The notes below the pieces were generated by a model. The model made no database searches, was not told where the DNA came from, and worked only from the letters and a program-made list of their open reading frames with translations. A stretch of DNA of 64,000 nt, taken from IMG/VR virus record IMGVR_UViG_3300017991_000007, positions 42,649-106,648 of that record. One strand, given 5' to 3'. Shown in pieces: positions 7,305 through 17,603 of this stretch (position 1 is the stretch's first letter; every line of letters starts with the position of its first letter). Both the position numbers and the translations under genes were made by a program. Source of the stretch: a virus.

Positions 7305-9284
7305 ATGGATAATGTGTTTCGATTGACTGAGGGATTCCTTGATAAGTACAAAGGCCGTCAACCAAATTGGGGGTACGGCGTTGTGGGGTGGGTGACGTAC
7401 AAGCGCACCTATGCCCGGTTAAAACCGGACGGCAATTTAGAGGATTGGTGGGAAACGGTAAAGCGGGTAGTAGAGGGTTGCTACAATGTTCAAAAGCTTC
7501 ATTGTGAGGCACACCGCTTACCGTGGAATGGTAACAAGGGGCAGCTATCAGCCCAAAAGATGTATGACTTGATCTTTAATATGAAATTTCTACCGCCGGG
7601 TAGAGGGCTTTGGGCAATGGGTACTGAGTATGTTTCGGAGCGTGGCAGTGCGGCTTTGAATAATTGTGGATTTGTCAGTACCAAGGATATCAAGAGGGAC
7701 TTTGCCCGTCCTTTCTGTTTTCTTATGGATATGAGTATGCTTGGAGTGGGGGTGGGAGCGGATACCAAAGGGGCCGGTACTTTCACCTTGACGCAACCGG
7801 ATTACGATGATGAGCCTTATATCATTCCAGACTCAAGAGAGGGTTGGGTTGATTCGCTCAAGGCTATTTTGGATGCGTTTTCCGGGCGTGGTAGGTTGCC
7901 CGCCAAATTCGATTACTCCCAAATCAGACCGCAGGGCGCAACTCTCAGGGGGTTTGGGGGTAAAGCCTCTGGACCCGGACCTTTGAAGCTACTCCATAAA
8001 GACGTGATCCGAATGCTGCATAAGCAAGTGTATGAAAAGAATGGAGAGGTAACGTCAACTGTTATCGTAGATATTTTCAACATGGCAGGGCGTTGTGTTG
8101 TAGCGGGTGGTATTCGTAGGTCCGCTGAAATCATGCTTGGGGATTCTGAGGATGCTGATTTTCTGGACTTGAAAAACCCTGCTAAGTGGAAAAAGGAGTT
8201 GAATTCGCATAGGTGGGCATCCAATAACTCAGTGTTCGCTGAGGTTGGCATGGACTATGAGCCTTTTGTGGATCAAATCATGGAAAACGGGGAGCCGGGT
8301 TTCGTTTGGTTGGATAATGCCCGGAATTATGGACGGATGATTGATGGATTCAATGAGGATGCGGACCCGTTTGTAATGGGATGTAACCCGTGCGGCGAAC
8401 AGTCGCTTGAATCTTATGAGCTTTGCAATCTGGTAGAGACTTTTCCGGCATTCCACGAATCTTATGAGGAATTTCAGTTTACACTGAAATATGCGTACCT
8501 ATACGCAAAGACCGTATCCCTGATTCCCACGCATGATCCCAACGCAAATGCGATTATCGGACGTAACCGGCGCATTGGCACGTCCGTATCCGGTATCACT
8601 CAGGCAATTCAGAGGTTTGGTTTTCGGAGTTTTATTCAAATGCTTGATAAGGGCTACCAATATCTGCGGCAACTGGACAATATTTATGCCCGCTGGTTAT
8701 GTGTGCCAAACTCAATCAAACTAACATCCGTGAAACCATCCGGTACCATTTCCCTCTTGACGGGTGCGACCCCCGGTATCCATTTCCCCGAATCTGAATA
8801 CTACATAAGAAACATCCGGTTTGATCCCGGCTCCCCGCTTTTGGAGCGGCTTGAGGCTGCGGGCTACCCGGTAGAACCATCCATTCAGAAAGATAATACA
8901 TTAGTAGTGAGCTTTCCCGTCCGGCAAGAGCTTTTCAGCAAATCTAAGTATGACGTGACGGTTTGGGAACAATTTGAGCTTGCCAGCCAGATACAGAAGC
9001 ATTGGAGCGATAATCAGGTATCGGTCACTATCACGGTGCAAGAGGGAGAGGCGCAAGATGTTCCACGCTGCCTTTCGATGTACGAGAGTAGGCTGAAATC
9101 GGTATCAATGCTGCCTTTAGGGGAGCATGGTTATAAGCAAGCCCCGTATATTCCAATTACCAAGGCTGAGTATGATAAGATGATGAGAAAGTTAAAACCT
9201 TTGGACTTCAATGTGTCCGAGAAAGAGTGCCATGACCAAGAAGATAAATTCTGCGATTCAGAAAGCTGCGAAATCAAAACCTAA
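7305..9284 (+). CDS. nrdJ: Class II (adenosylcobalamin-dependent) ribonucleotide reductase, monomeric RTPR type
   Basis: RTYAR, PPGRGLW, LNNC, GGIRRSA, NPCGEQ, VKPSGT and C-terminal CDSESC redox pair. Confidence 0.95.
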   Translation: MDNVFRLTEGFLDKYKGRQPNWGYGVVGWVTYKRTYARLKPDGNLEDWWETVKRVVEGCYNVQKLHCEAHRLPWNGNKGQLSAQKMYDLIFNMKFLPPGRGLWAMGTEYVSERGSAALNNCGFVSTKDIKRDFARPFCFLMDMSMLGVGVGADTKGAGTFTLTQPDYDDEPYIIPDSREGWVDSLKAILDAFSGRGRLPAKFDYSQIRPQGATLRGFGGKASGPGPLKLLHKDVIRMLHKQVYEKNGEVTSTVIVDIFNMAGRCVVAGGIRRSAEIMLGDSEDADFLDLKNPAKWKKELNSHRWASNNSVFAEVGMDYEPFVDQIMENGEPGFVWLDNARNYGRMIDGFNEDADPFVMGCNPCGEQSLESYELCNLVETFPAFHESYEEFQFTLKYAYLYAKTVSLIPTHDPNANAIIGRNRRIGTSVSGITQAIQRFGFRSFIQMLDKGYQYLRQLDNIYARWLCVPNSIKLTSVKPSGTISLLTGATPGIHFPESEYYIRNIRFDPGSPLLERLEAAGYPVEPSIQKDNTLVVSFPVRQELFSKSKYDVTVWEQFELASQIQKHWSDNQVSVTITVQEGEAQDVPRCLSMYESRLKSVSMLPLGEHGYKQAPYIPITKAEYDKMMRKLKPLDFNVSEKECHDQEDKFCDSESCEIKT

Positions 9285-9456
9285 GTTCGTACCAAGGGAA
9301 CGGTTGCGTTCCTGTAGGAAGTGTGGGAGCATATTTCGTAGTGATGACCATTATTTGTGTCGTAATTGTCGGGGTAAAGAGGCGAAAAAGCATACCCCGA
9401 AAAAGAAGTTTGATAATGAGAGTATGATTGTCCGTCTGCAAGGGGGTCCGAAATGA
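9232..9456 (+). CDS. Small zinc-finger protein; start uncertain
   Basis: CRKC...LCRNC; ATGA overlap with the portal gene. Confidence 0.6.
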   Translation: MTKKINSAIQKAAKSKPKFVPRERLRSCRKCGSIFRSDDHYLCRNCRGKEAKKHTPKKKFDNESMIVRLQGGPK

Positions 9457-11294
9457 GTAAGGGTAAGAAGTCCACAAAGAAAAAAGGTGTGGAAGGGCAG
9501 CGTACCAGACCGCCGGTAGAGGAATACATTATGGAGAAAGTAGTTGACTCTCAAGAGGTCGTAGTCAAGGTCTTTGGCGGCGGCGGTATTGACGGTCATT
9601 CTCAAATTGGAAAGATGGAAAGATTTGGAGCAAGGTCTAAGCAGCTTCCCCCGGATCATTTTGAGCAAGATATCCGAGCCGGAAATGTTATTGCTCCCCT
9701 TTATGATCCTGCGGTTTGGGCTTTCCTCTTAGAGCAAAATACAAGGCTAAATAAGCTTGTCAACTCAATGGCGTGTAACACCGTTGGTTTGGGTTGGAAA
9801 ATCGTACCGGTTAAAGAGGATGAGACTTATATTGAACAAAACAAGAAAGAGATTGAGGCAGAAAAGGAACTGTTGATCCCCCTTTTCCAGCATCCTAATC
9901 CAGAGGTTCCCTTTACCGAGCTTATGAAAATGGTCAAGGTTGATGAGGAAAGCACGGGGCAGGGTTGGATGGAGGTTATCAGAAATCTCAAGGGTGACAA
10001 GGTTGCAAATATGAATCATTTGCCGTCCTACACCATGCGGGTTGCTAAAGGTGGGGATAGGTTTGTTCAAATGCGTCCCTCTGATACTTCCAAGAAAGTG
10101 TATTTCAAGCCTTTCGGAGTAGAGAGGAAATTGGATTCTTTAACCGGAGAGTGGGAGAAACCGGGTCAACCGATACCGGCTGATAGAGAGGCTAATGAAG
10201 TTCTTTACTGGAAAATTTACAACCCACGCTCATCTTTTTATGGTGCGCCAAGAGTTGTATCCGCAGCACCGGCTGTTGCTGGTACACGCCTTGCCCACAA
10301 ACGAAACGTGGCATTCTTTGAAAACGATGCGACCCCACGCCTTGCGATTATCGTAAATGGAGGGCAGCTTTCGGATGAATCAATGAAAATGATTGAGGAT
10401 TTTGTTGATGCCCGTGGAAAAGGACCGGGTAATGCTGGTAGATTGATGGTTTTGCAAGCACGGGGAGCCGATTCAATGCTTGCGGATGCGAGTCAACTCA
10501 ATATTAACCTTATGCCGCTTACCGTGGGAGTCCAAGATGATGCCAGCTTTAGCCGGTACCTCACTCAGAATAATGAGGAAGTACGAGAGGCATTTGGTAT
10601 TGGACAAATTTTCATTGGTACCTCAGACGATGTAAACCGAGCGGTTGCTTTGGCGATGAAACAATTGACTGTAGAGCAAGTTTTTGAGCCTGAATCACGG
10701 CGTTATGAGTATCGAATCAATGAAACAATCGTAAAGACTTTCAATGTCAAACACGTCCGGCTCAAATTTATCAGACCCCGGACTACCGATATGCAAGCTG
10801 AGTCTCAAGCATACTCTATGCTTGCTGCGGTTGGCGGCGTAACTCCCAATGACGTGCGTGATTTCCTTGAGAAACCGAGATTTGAGGGCAAGTGGGCAAA
10901 TACTCCGCTTTCGGTCCTGCGTTCTGGAATGATGGAAATTCAGGATAACCCGGATGCTACTATGTGGACTGAGTATGGTGACAAAATTCCTCAGCAAGAG
11001 TTGGTTGATGCTCAAGCCGATAAAGTCCGCATGGAGGTTGGTATGGCAGGGGCGCAAGCTACGACCCCACAAAAGATGCCAACTGAGGGTGCTACGATAA
11101 CCCCGCCGGGTATTATGGACCGTGATAAGATCAAAGAAGCGGTTAGAGCAACCCCGGAAAACCGGGAAGCGGCCAAAGAAGCATTGAAAGAGTTTCCCGC
11201 TGAGAGTATCCAAGAATCTATAGATGAAATGCAAGCGATTGCACAAGGTCTTAGGGATATGGGATTCAATGTGGAAGTCACTTTACCTGAGTAA
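9453..11294 (+). CDS. Portal protein
   Basis: G.GWMEVIRN, FYGAP, AFFENDATP, IREAF-like motif, GGVTPNDVR; lies before protease and capsid genes. Confidence 0.9.
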   Translation: MSKGKKSTKKKGVEGQRTRPPVEEYIMEKVVDSQEVVVKVFGGGGIDGHSQIGKMERFGARSKQLPPDHFEQDIRAGNVIAPLYDPAVWAFLLEQNTRLNKLVNSMACNTVGLGWKIVPVKEDETYIEQNKKEIEAEKELLIPLFQHPNPEVPFTELMKMVKVDEESTGQGWMEVIRNLKGDKVANMNHLPSYTMRVAKGGDRFVQMRPSDTSKKVYFKPFGVERKLDSLTGEWEKPGQPIPADREANEVLYWKIYNPRSSFYGAPRVVSAAPAVAGTRLAHKRNVAFFENDATPRLAIIVNGGQLSDESMKMIEDFVDARGKGPGNAGRLMVLQARGADSMLADASQLNINLMPLTVGVQDDASFSRYLTQNNEEVREAFGIGQIFIGTSDDVNRAVALAMKQLTVEQVFEPESRRYEYRINETIVKTFNVKHVRLKFIRPRTTDMQAESQAYSMLAAVGGVTPNDVRDFLEKPRFEGKWANTPLSVLRSGMMEIQDNPDATMWTEYGDKIPQQELVDAQADKVRMEVGMAGAQATTPQKMPTEGATITPPGIMDRDKIKEAVRATPENREAAKEALKEFPAESIQESIDEMQAIAQGLRDMGFNVEVTLPE

Positions 11295-11345
11295 AGACGT
11301 GAAAAAAGCCTTACACACCATTTTAGGAAACGCAAAGATATAGGG

Positions 11346-11374
11346 TTGACAAAAATTTTTTGCATAAGTACACT
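11346..11374 (+). promoter_or_regulatory. sigma70 promoter ahead of the head genes
   Basis: TTGACA-17 nt-TACACT. Confidence 0.7.
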
Positions 11375-11426
11375 GATTTCTGTATGATACTTGGTATAGA
11401 AACCTAAAGTTTCAAGGAGAACGACA

Positions 11427-11645
11427 ATGCCGATGCCTAAGTACAAATCCCCCAACAAAAATGCGAGAGTTGCAGACGTGTCTTTGGTTGGTACCCGTGC
11501 TAACGTGGTTCGTCACGGCGCACCCCGTATGGCTGACCAAACCGCAGCCGGGAATGTCAATACTGCATCAAGCCGGAATACTTCAAACTATTCCGACCTG
11601 AATCAGAAACGGAACAAGGGTGCTGGTAAGGACATGATTAGCTAA
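11427..11645 (+). CDS. Small basic hypothetical protein (possible capsid-internal protein)
   Basis: RBS AAGGAG. Confidence 0.65.
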   Translation: MPMPKYKSPNKNARVADVSLVGTRANVVRHGAPRMADQTAAGNVNTASSRNTSNYSDLNQKRNKGAGKDMIS

Positions 11646-11681
11646 ATCCAGCGTTTCGGTTCTAAAGCAGTAGGAGTAGGG

Positions 11682-14114
11682 ATGAAAGACCGTTTTGAAT
11701 TCGATCTGTTCGTTCAAAAAGCGGAGGAACGGGAGGGCCGTCCTTTCTTGACGATCTATGCCACCGATACGGCTGAGGATCAACACAAGGAAAGATGTTC
11801 CCGTACTTGTCTTGAACGGATGCAGGATCAAATCAAACGTCATTCCGTTGACCTATTGAATTCCCACCATGACGCAGTAGGTATGGGGAAAGCGGTTGAT
11901 TCCTTCATTGTTGATGCCGGACAATTCGATTCGGAGCTTAACGGGGAAACGGCTCTACTGGTTGATGTAGAGCTTGATCCCCGTTTTCCGCAAGCGGTTG
12001 CGCTGCATGAATCAGCAATGAAGGGGGAGCATAAACATAAATTCTCCATAGGCGGGCGGCTTAACAGGCAGAATCCAAAACCTTTCTATTATGAGCGTGG
12101 TAAGAAAGTGCTTGATGACGTGGAATTAGACCATATCACTGCTTGCCGTGCGCCCAAAGCGTCAAATCAAAGGACTCACATTGCAGAGGCCGTATTCAAG
12201 ACTTTGGATATGACTGAGGATGATGAGGTTTTGATTCTTGGGGATACCGAGGATGACGGGTTGGAGTTTGATAAGAAAGGTATGGGAGGTCTGTTGCCGA
12301 TTGGCGATAGAGCAAGACCTTGGGATGCGTCCGGGGCAGTTCGGCGTGTGCGAGATTGGGCAAACGCCAATGAAAAGCCGAATGCCAAGTATGGACGTGC
12401 CTTTCTCTGGCATGACAAGACCAACCCGGATGTATTCGGAGCTTATAAGCTGCCCTATGCTGATATTGTGAATGGTCAATTGACTGCAATGCCAAGAGGT
12501 CTTTTTGCAGCGGCGGCTGCGGTCCAAGGCGCAAGAGGCGGCGTGGACATTCCTGCGGCTGATAGAGGAATGGTGCAACGAAAGCTTGCCTCTTATTATA
12601 GTAAGATGCGGACTCAGTTTGACGATGCCAATATTCAGGTGCCTTGGGCGCATGAAATGGCTATTGAGAAAGTCTTTGGGTCTGATTTCTTTACTGTACT
12701 CAAATCTTTGGACTCAGCGTACTTTGAGGGTGAAACCGCACCCGCTGGTAAAGGTCCAAGGGAGCATACCCATAAATTCACCGGACGGTTGAATGGGGAG
12801 AGTGGTACGTTAATCGGTATGACTACAAGTTGGTCTGCGGGGGAACGTCACGCTCATATGGTTGATCTTGTTGGTAAGGATGAGGCGGTAACGGCCCCGG
12901 CAAGCAGGGGATTTAATCATACTCACAACTTAGAAATGCCGAGCGTTTCATCCATTACCGAGAAACAGTTTGACAAGGTTCTAATGGAAGCAGCCAAGGA
13001 ACTACCGATTATGTTCTTTGGGAATGATAAATTGAAAAAACTTGCAGAAAAGGCCGTTTCAAGACAAGAGCCGGAAAGCGAGCATGAAATGGATAAGGAC
13101 AAGATCGAAAACGTAGAGGCGGGCGCACCGGTAGAGGAAACCCCTGATACCGAGACTATTGATACGCCTGAAAACGCAGAAAGCGAGCAAGCCGCTGAGA
13201 GCGTTACCGAGCCGGTTGAAACCGAGACACCCTCTGAGGATGATCCTATGGAGCTTACCAAAGAGGATACCGGGATTCTGCGTAAGATTGTCAATGCTTT
13301 TCGGAGTGATCCGAAAGAGGATAACCGTCCTTTGCAGGATAGGATTATCGACGCTGCGGACCATATCACTGAAAACTCAGTTTCGCAGGACAACTTTGAT
13401 GAGGTTGCGGGCGCAAGCCTTTACCTGTTGAAGCGTCTTACCGGACTTGAGTTGGACCGTGATGAGCTTGCCGTTAAGTCTGCAAGGCTCTTGAGTCAGC
13501 TTGAAATGATTGCGGATAAGGATGCCCCGGTTGCCCTTGAGGTGGAAACGCCTGAAAGTGTCGATACGGGGGAGCCGTCTGATGACGTGTCCAAAACCAC
13601 TGAGGACGGGGATACCCCGGAGGACACAGAAACTACTCCAATGGAGGTTGAGGAAATGAATGCTGAGGAATTAAAAGCCTTTGGCAAGGAGTTGGCAACC
13701 GGTTTGGTGGAAGGTCTTACCCCGGCAATTACGCAGGGAGTAGTTGACACATTCCGCAAAGAGGGTTTGCTGCCCGCCGCAAAGGAAATCGAAACTGAAA
13801 CCCCGGCTGAGGCTCCGAAAGAGGCCGCACCGGAAACCACTGAGGCTCCGAAAGAGGAAACTCCTAAAGAGACTCAGACCCCCGAAACACCGGAAACTGA
13901 AACCGAGACACCCGCTGAAACCCCGAATGAGGTTGCCAAGACTAAAGACGTTTTGGATGAAATTCTGAAAACCGTCCAAGGTCTTGATACCCGCATTACG
14001 GAGATTGAGGGACGGCCCGGACCATCCCGCAGCATTGCCGGTCAAGACCCCGCTCCTGCATTGCCGCAAAAGAAAAACAACGGCATTTTCGCAGGTGCAT
14101 TGTTTCGGAAATAA
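11682..14114 (+). CDS. Prohead protease-scaffold fusion with extra internal domains
   Basis: HK97-type protease N-terminus (D.HKER, NSHHD, FSIGG, LDHI); acidic ETP-rich scaffold C-terminus; directly before the capsid gene. Confidence 0.85.
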   Translation: MKDRFEFDLFVQKAEEREGRPFLTIYATDTAEDQHKERCSRTCLERMQDQIKRHSVDLLNSHHDAVGMGKAVDSFIVDAGQFDSELNGETALLVDVELDPRFPQAVALHESAMKGEHKHKFSIGGRLNRQNPKPFYYERGKKVLDDVELDHITACRAPKASNQRTHIAEAVFKTLDMTEDDEVLILGDTEDDGLEFDKKGMGGLLPIGDRARPWDASGAVRRVRDWANANEKPNAKYGRAFLWHDKTNPDVFGAYKLPYADIVNGQLTAMPRGLFAAAAAVQGARGGVDIPAADRGMVQRKLASYYSKMRTQFDDANIQVPWAHEMAIEKVFGSDFFTVLKSLDSAYFEGETAPAGKGPREHTHKFTGRLNGESGTLIGMTTSWSAGERHAHMVDLVGKDEAVTAPASRGFNHTHNLEMPSVSSITEKQFDKVLMEAAKELPIMFFGNDKLKKLAEKAVSRQEPESEHEMDKDKIENVEAGAPVEETPDTETIDTPENAESEQAAESVTEPVETETPSEDDPMELTKEDTGILRKIVNAFRSDPKEDNRPLQDRIIDAADHITENSVSQDNFDEVAGASLYLLKRLTGLELDRDELAVKSARLLSQLEMIADKDAPVALEVETPESVDTGEPSDDVSKTTEDGDTPEDTETTPMEVEEMNAEELKAFGKELATGLVEGLTPAITQGVVDTFRKEGLLPAAKEIETETPAEAPKEAAPETTEAPKEETPKETQTPETPETETETPAETPNEVAKTKDVLDEILKTVQGLDTRITEIEGRPGPSRSIAGQDPAPALPQKKNNGIFAGALFRK

Positions 14115-14184
14115 GCTAGGGTAAAACTTGGCTTAAAAGAGACTAAGGTATTGATCTGTAAACACATTTCTATAGGAGGCTGCA

Positions 14185-15498
14185 ATGCCTAACGAGAATG
14201 AACAAATTGTAGAGAAAACAATCTCTACCGATATGATGCTTACGGGTGGTCGCCTGAATCCGGTCCAGCAGGATGCGTTTGTCCAGTTGGTGAAAGACAA
14301 CTCCGTAATGCTGGCAATGGTCCGCTACGAGCAAATGGCCGTTTCCAGAAAGCAGATTGACAAGCTCTACATTGGTGAGCCTGTTACCGCCGGTATCGCT
14401 GAAAACATCTGCACCAACAACGATTCCCGCACCGTCTTTGATCAGGTCAACCTGAATGCGGATAAGCTGAAATCCGATTGGTCCATTACCACGGAAACCT
14501 TGCAGGAAAACATCGAAGGTGAAAACTTCGAGGATACCGTGATGGATATGATGACCAAGCGTATCGCTACCGATATTGAACTGCTTGGAATTCAGGGTGA
14601 TACCAACATTACGCCGGGTACCCCGCTTACCAACTTGCTTTCCGTTGCGGACGGTTGGGATAAGCTGACTGATTCCTCTCATCTGCTTGACGCTGCGGGT
14701 GCTACCATTGAGAAAGAAATCTTTGCGGGCGCAATCCGCAAGATGCCGGAACAGTACCTCCAAGACCCGGATTTGCGCTGGTTCATGCCCCGCTCGGTTG
14801 CTACCGATTGGGCTGAGTACCTTGCATCCCGTGAAACCGTTGGTGGTGACGCTGCCCTGAGTGGAAATTCCATGCGTCCGTTTGGCTATCCCGTCACAAT
14901 CGTTCCCAATATGCCTCAGCGTAAGCCGCTTGCGGCGGGTGCTGCTACCCCGGCTCTTGTTACCGGCGGTGAATTCGCACCTTATGAGGTCATTGCGGGC
15001 GTGAATGATGCAGTCACAATCAACGTGGACGGCGGCGGCAATGTTGCAGTCACCATTCCGGCGGGCGTTTATACGGTAGTCGAGTTCATCCCGGTCCTGC
15101 GGGCTGCGATGATTGCTACCGGCGCAACCGGTATCGCTGCGAGTGCTGCCCTGAATATGTATGATGATGGAGAGGGCCGGGTTGTATTCCAGACCGTTGC
15201 AACCGGAGCCGCATCAAGCATTCAGTTCGTGGCTGTTGCCAACGATATGTACGATGAGCTTGGAGTGACCGCTGCAACCACAACCGGAGCCGATTCCGGC
15301 GGTGATACCAACGATGGTACAATCATGTGGTTGGCGAATCCCCGCAACTTCATTTACGGTATGGTTGATGACACCCGTATCTACACCGAATTCAACAAAG
15401 ATTGTGACCGTCACGAATTCGTGATCTACAATCAGGTCGCATACAACATTGAGAATACGGACGCTATCGTTAAGGTGATCAACCTGAAACGTGGTTAA
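14185..15498 (+). CDS. Major capsid protein (HK97 fold) with an inserted domain of about 120 aa
   Basis: GGRLNPVQQDAF, LQENIEGENFEDT, IATDIELLGIQGD, NPRNFIYG; RBS AGGAGG; terminator follows. Confidence 0.92.
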   Translation: MPNENEQIVEKTISTDMMLTGGRLNPVQQDAFVQLVKDNSVMLAMVRYEQMAVSRKQIDKLYIGEPVTAGIAENICTNNDSRTVFDQVNLNADKLKSDWSITTETLQENIEGENFEDTVMDMMTKRIATDIELLGIQGDTNITPGTPLTNLLSVADGWDKLTDSSHLLDAAGATIEKEIFAGAIRKMPEQYLQDPDLRWFMPRSVATDWAEYLASRETVGGDAALSGNSMRPFGYPVTIVPNMPQRKPLAAGAATPALVTGGEFAPYEVIAGVNDAVTINVDGGGNVAVTIPAGVYTVVEFIPVLRAAMIATGATGIAASAALNMYDDGEGRVVFQTVATGAASSIQFVAVANDMYDELGVTAATTTGADSGGDTNDGTIMWLANPRNFIYGMVDDTRIYTEFNKDCDRHEFVIYNQVAYNIENTDAIVKVINLKRG

Positions 15499-15512
15499 TC
15501 TCTGATTCCCTG

Positions 15513-15547
15513 AAAGGTGGGGGCTGAAATATGCCCCCGGCCTTTTT
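15513..15547 (+). terminator. Rho-independent terminator after the capsid gene
   Basis: GGGGGC-tgaaatat-GCCCCC then ggccTTTTT. Confidence 0.75.
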
Positions 15548-15569
15548 AACCAGTTTTAGGGAGTAAACA

Positions 15570-16067
15570 ATGGCTGAAAAGCACTACTACCGACCCGAAA
15601 GCAAGAAACTCAGCATTCACTTGCCGAGTGGAAAATTCTGCCTGTTCTATCACAAAAACCCTCAGAGGAATGTGATTACGGATGAGCGGGATATTGCTTA
15701 CTTGGGTAAAATCGACAATATCCATGAAGTAGTACAACTTCCAGACGGACGTTGGGTACGCAAGCCGGACGGCGGTGTGAATCCCGCAAGAGGCGTTGTG
15801 ATCGAATCCCAAGAGCCTGAGAGTGTGCCAAGTGGGGCAGAACACCCCTTAGCCAAGCAGCTTGAGGATGAGCCGCCTTTGCCTGAGACTGAGGATGATG
15901 AGTCCGATAGTGACGATGATGACGGCTATTCCAAAGAGGATTTAGAGGCTTTTACCAAAGATGAACTACTTGAGCTTGCGGATGAGGATTTTTCCGACCT
16001 TGAGCTTAAATCGTCAATGAAAAAAGCCGATATGGTTGACGCAATCTTAAAGGCACAAGACAAGTAA
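15570..16067 (+). CDS. Protein with a C-terminal Rho-N/HeH-like helical domain
   Basis: LEAFTKDELLELA...SSMKKADMVDAIL; common position after the capsid gene. Confidence 0.7.
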   Translation: MAEKHYYRPESKKLSIHLPSGKFCLFYHKNPQRNVITDERDIAYLGKIDNIHEVVQLPDGRWVRKPDGGVNPARGVVIESQEPESVPSGAEHPLAKQLEDEPPLPETEDDESDSDDDDGYSKEDLEAFTKDELLELADEDFSDLELKSSMKKADMVDAILKAQDK

Positions 16068-16090
16068 CATTTTGAAAAGGGATAATCAGT

Positions 16091-17191
16091 GTGCTTCCGG
16101 TATTCAGATATGCTACCATTCAGCAAATTAAGGATAGGATCAACCCTGAGTTATTAGTTGATCCAGGTCCACCCCCGGAAACCATCATTTCTGATTCCCA
16201 AATTCTTGAGCGCATACAAGCTGCGTCCATGATGATCAATAAATGGACTAAGCAGTATTTCCAGCCTGTTCCACAAATCTACCGAGTTAGCGCAAGAGGT
16301 GATCGGCTTTTGACCGGACCTCAAATGCTACCTTTTATTGTTCTCAAGCAAATCGGAATGATTGATGATAGAACAACCGGGCAGTTTGAGGGTGCTAATC
16401 GGGTGATTCCTGATTCTATTGCCCCTGAAAGAGTGTACCAGTGGCGAACAGGCGGGCGTTGTGCGTGTACCATTCCCCTTTATTATGACCGTGGCTCTAT
16501 CAGGTGGGGAGAGGTTGCTTGGGAGCTTGGAAGTCGTACTATTGAAATGATTGTACGTCAACACGGCTTTACCCGTGGGTATCGTAACGTGGAAATGACG
16601 GGTTGGTGGGCTTGGTTGGAAAACTACAAGGTAGTTGAAACCGAGCTTACTCAAGCTATTCCGGGCGGGTCTGGAAATGTAACTCAAATCAGGATCAAAG
16701 ATGCCGTTGATGCAAATAGCGGTGACTTTATTGAGGTGGGTGACACCCTTGTTTTGGACGTAAAGCCCGTGTCAGGTTCGTTGATCCCCACTCATATTGA
16801 ACCTGTAATAGTGCAAGAGATTGCAGAGGGTACCGGGGAGTACCAAGTTAATATTGATCCGCTGCGGACCTATCCTTTTGAGATTCCCGTTGGTGCGCCG
16901 GTTTATTGTTATGGACGTACACCGTCTGCCCTTGCGGACGTGACTCAGTTTTTGGCGGTCAAGCTGATAGAGGGGCTTTCCGCTGAGATAACCGGTGATC
17001 CAGTAACCTCAGCATCCTCTCAAGGCATGTTGATTTCGGAAAGGACTGACAACTATAACTACACTCTTGCGGACGTAAGCGGTAGCTCTAAATCGAATTT
17101 TGGGAGCCTTGGTAAGTACACTGGTTCCCCACGCATGGATTTGGTGCTTAGGGAGTTTGCACAACCCACGGTAGCAGTGAGTTTGATATAA
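16091..17191 (+). CDS. Head-tail adaptor with an insertion
   Basis: YAT...I..AS.MI..WT.Q.F N-terminus and SERTDNYNY C-terminus; position. Confidence 0.75.
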   Translation: MLPVFRYATIQQIKDRINPELLVDPGPPPETIISDSQILERIQAASMMINKWTKQYFQPVPQIYRVSARGDRLLTGPQMLPFIVLKQIGMIDDRTTGQFEGANRVIPDSIAPERVYQWRTGGRCACTIPLYYDRGSIRWGEVAWELGSRTIEMIVRQHGFTRGYRNVEMTGWWAWLENYKVVETELTQAIPGGSGNVTQIRIKDAVDANSGDFIEVGDTLVLDVKPVSGSLIPTHIEPVIVQEIAEGTGEYQVNIDPLRTYPFEIPVGAPVYCYGRTPSALADVTQFLAVKLIEGLSAEITGDPVTSASSQGMLISERTDNYNYTLADVSGSSKSNFGSLGKYTGSPRMDLVLREFAQPTVAVSLI

Positions 17192-17601
17192 TGGCTATTC
17201 CGCATCGTTATAATCCGGTCAACTGCCAATACAAGAGATTCTTGCCGGGTAGTACCCGTGTTGATGATGATTGGGGAGAGCCGAAAGTGGGGGCTGAGAA
17301 ACAATATTCAGACCCTATTGATATTGTCGCTCAAATTGCATGGACAAATAAAGAGCGACGGGAAAGAGCCGTTACCGGTGATCCCTCCAATTCGGATGGT
17401 CACTTGTGCCTAAAGAGGGCTGTAGTATTGTCAAATGGGTGGGTATTCGCTAAAGGCGATATCATTACAAGTATTGCCGATTTTCCAGTGAATCTCACTA
17501 TCATAGAAGTGCGTCCGTCCGGTCATTTGAGAGGTAAGGCAAATCTGCTTATGCTATACTTTAAGGAAAATGAGGAAACCAACCCGGTTTTAAGGAGATA
17601 A
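17191..17601 (+). CDS. Head closure (stopper) protein
   Basis: DDDWGEP, KGDII; size and position. Confidence 0.65.
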   Translation: MAIPHRYNPVNCQYKRFLPGSTRVDDDWGEPKVGAEKQYSDPIDIVAQIAWTNKERRERAVTGDPSNSDGHLCLKRAVVLSNGWVFAKGDIITSIADFPVNLTIIEVRPSGHLRGKANLLMLYFKENEETNPVLRR

Positions 17602-17603
17602 AG

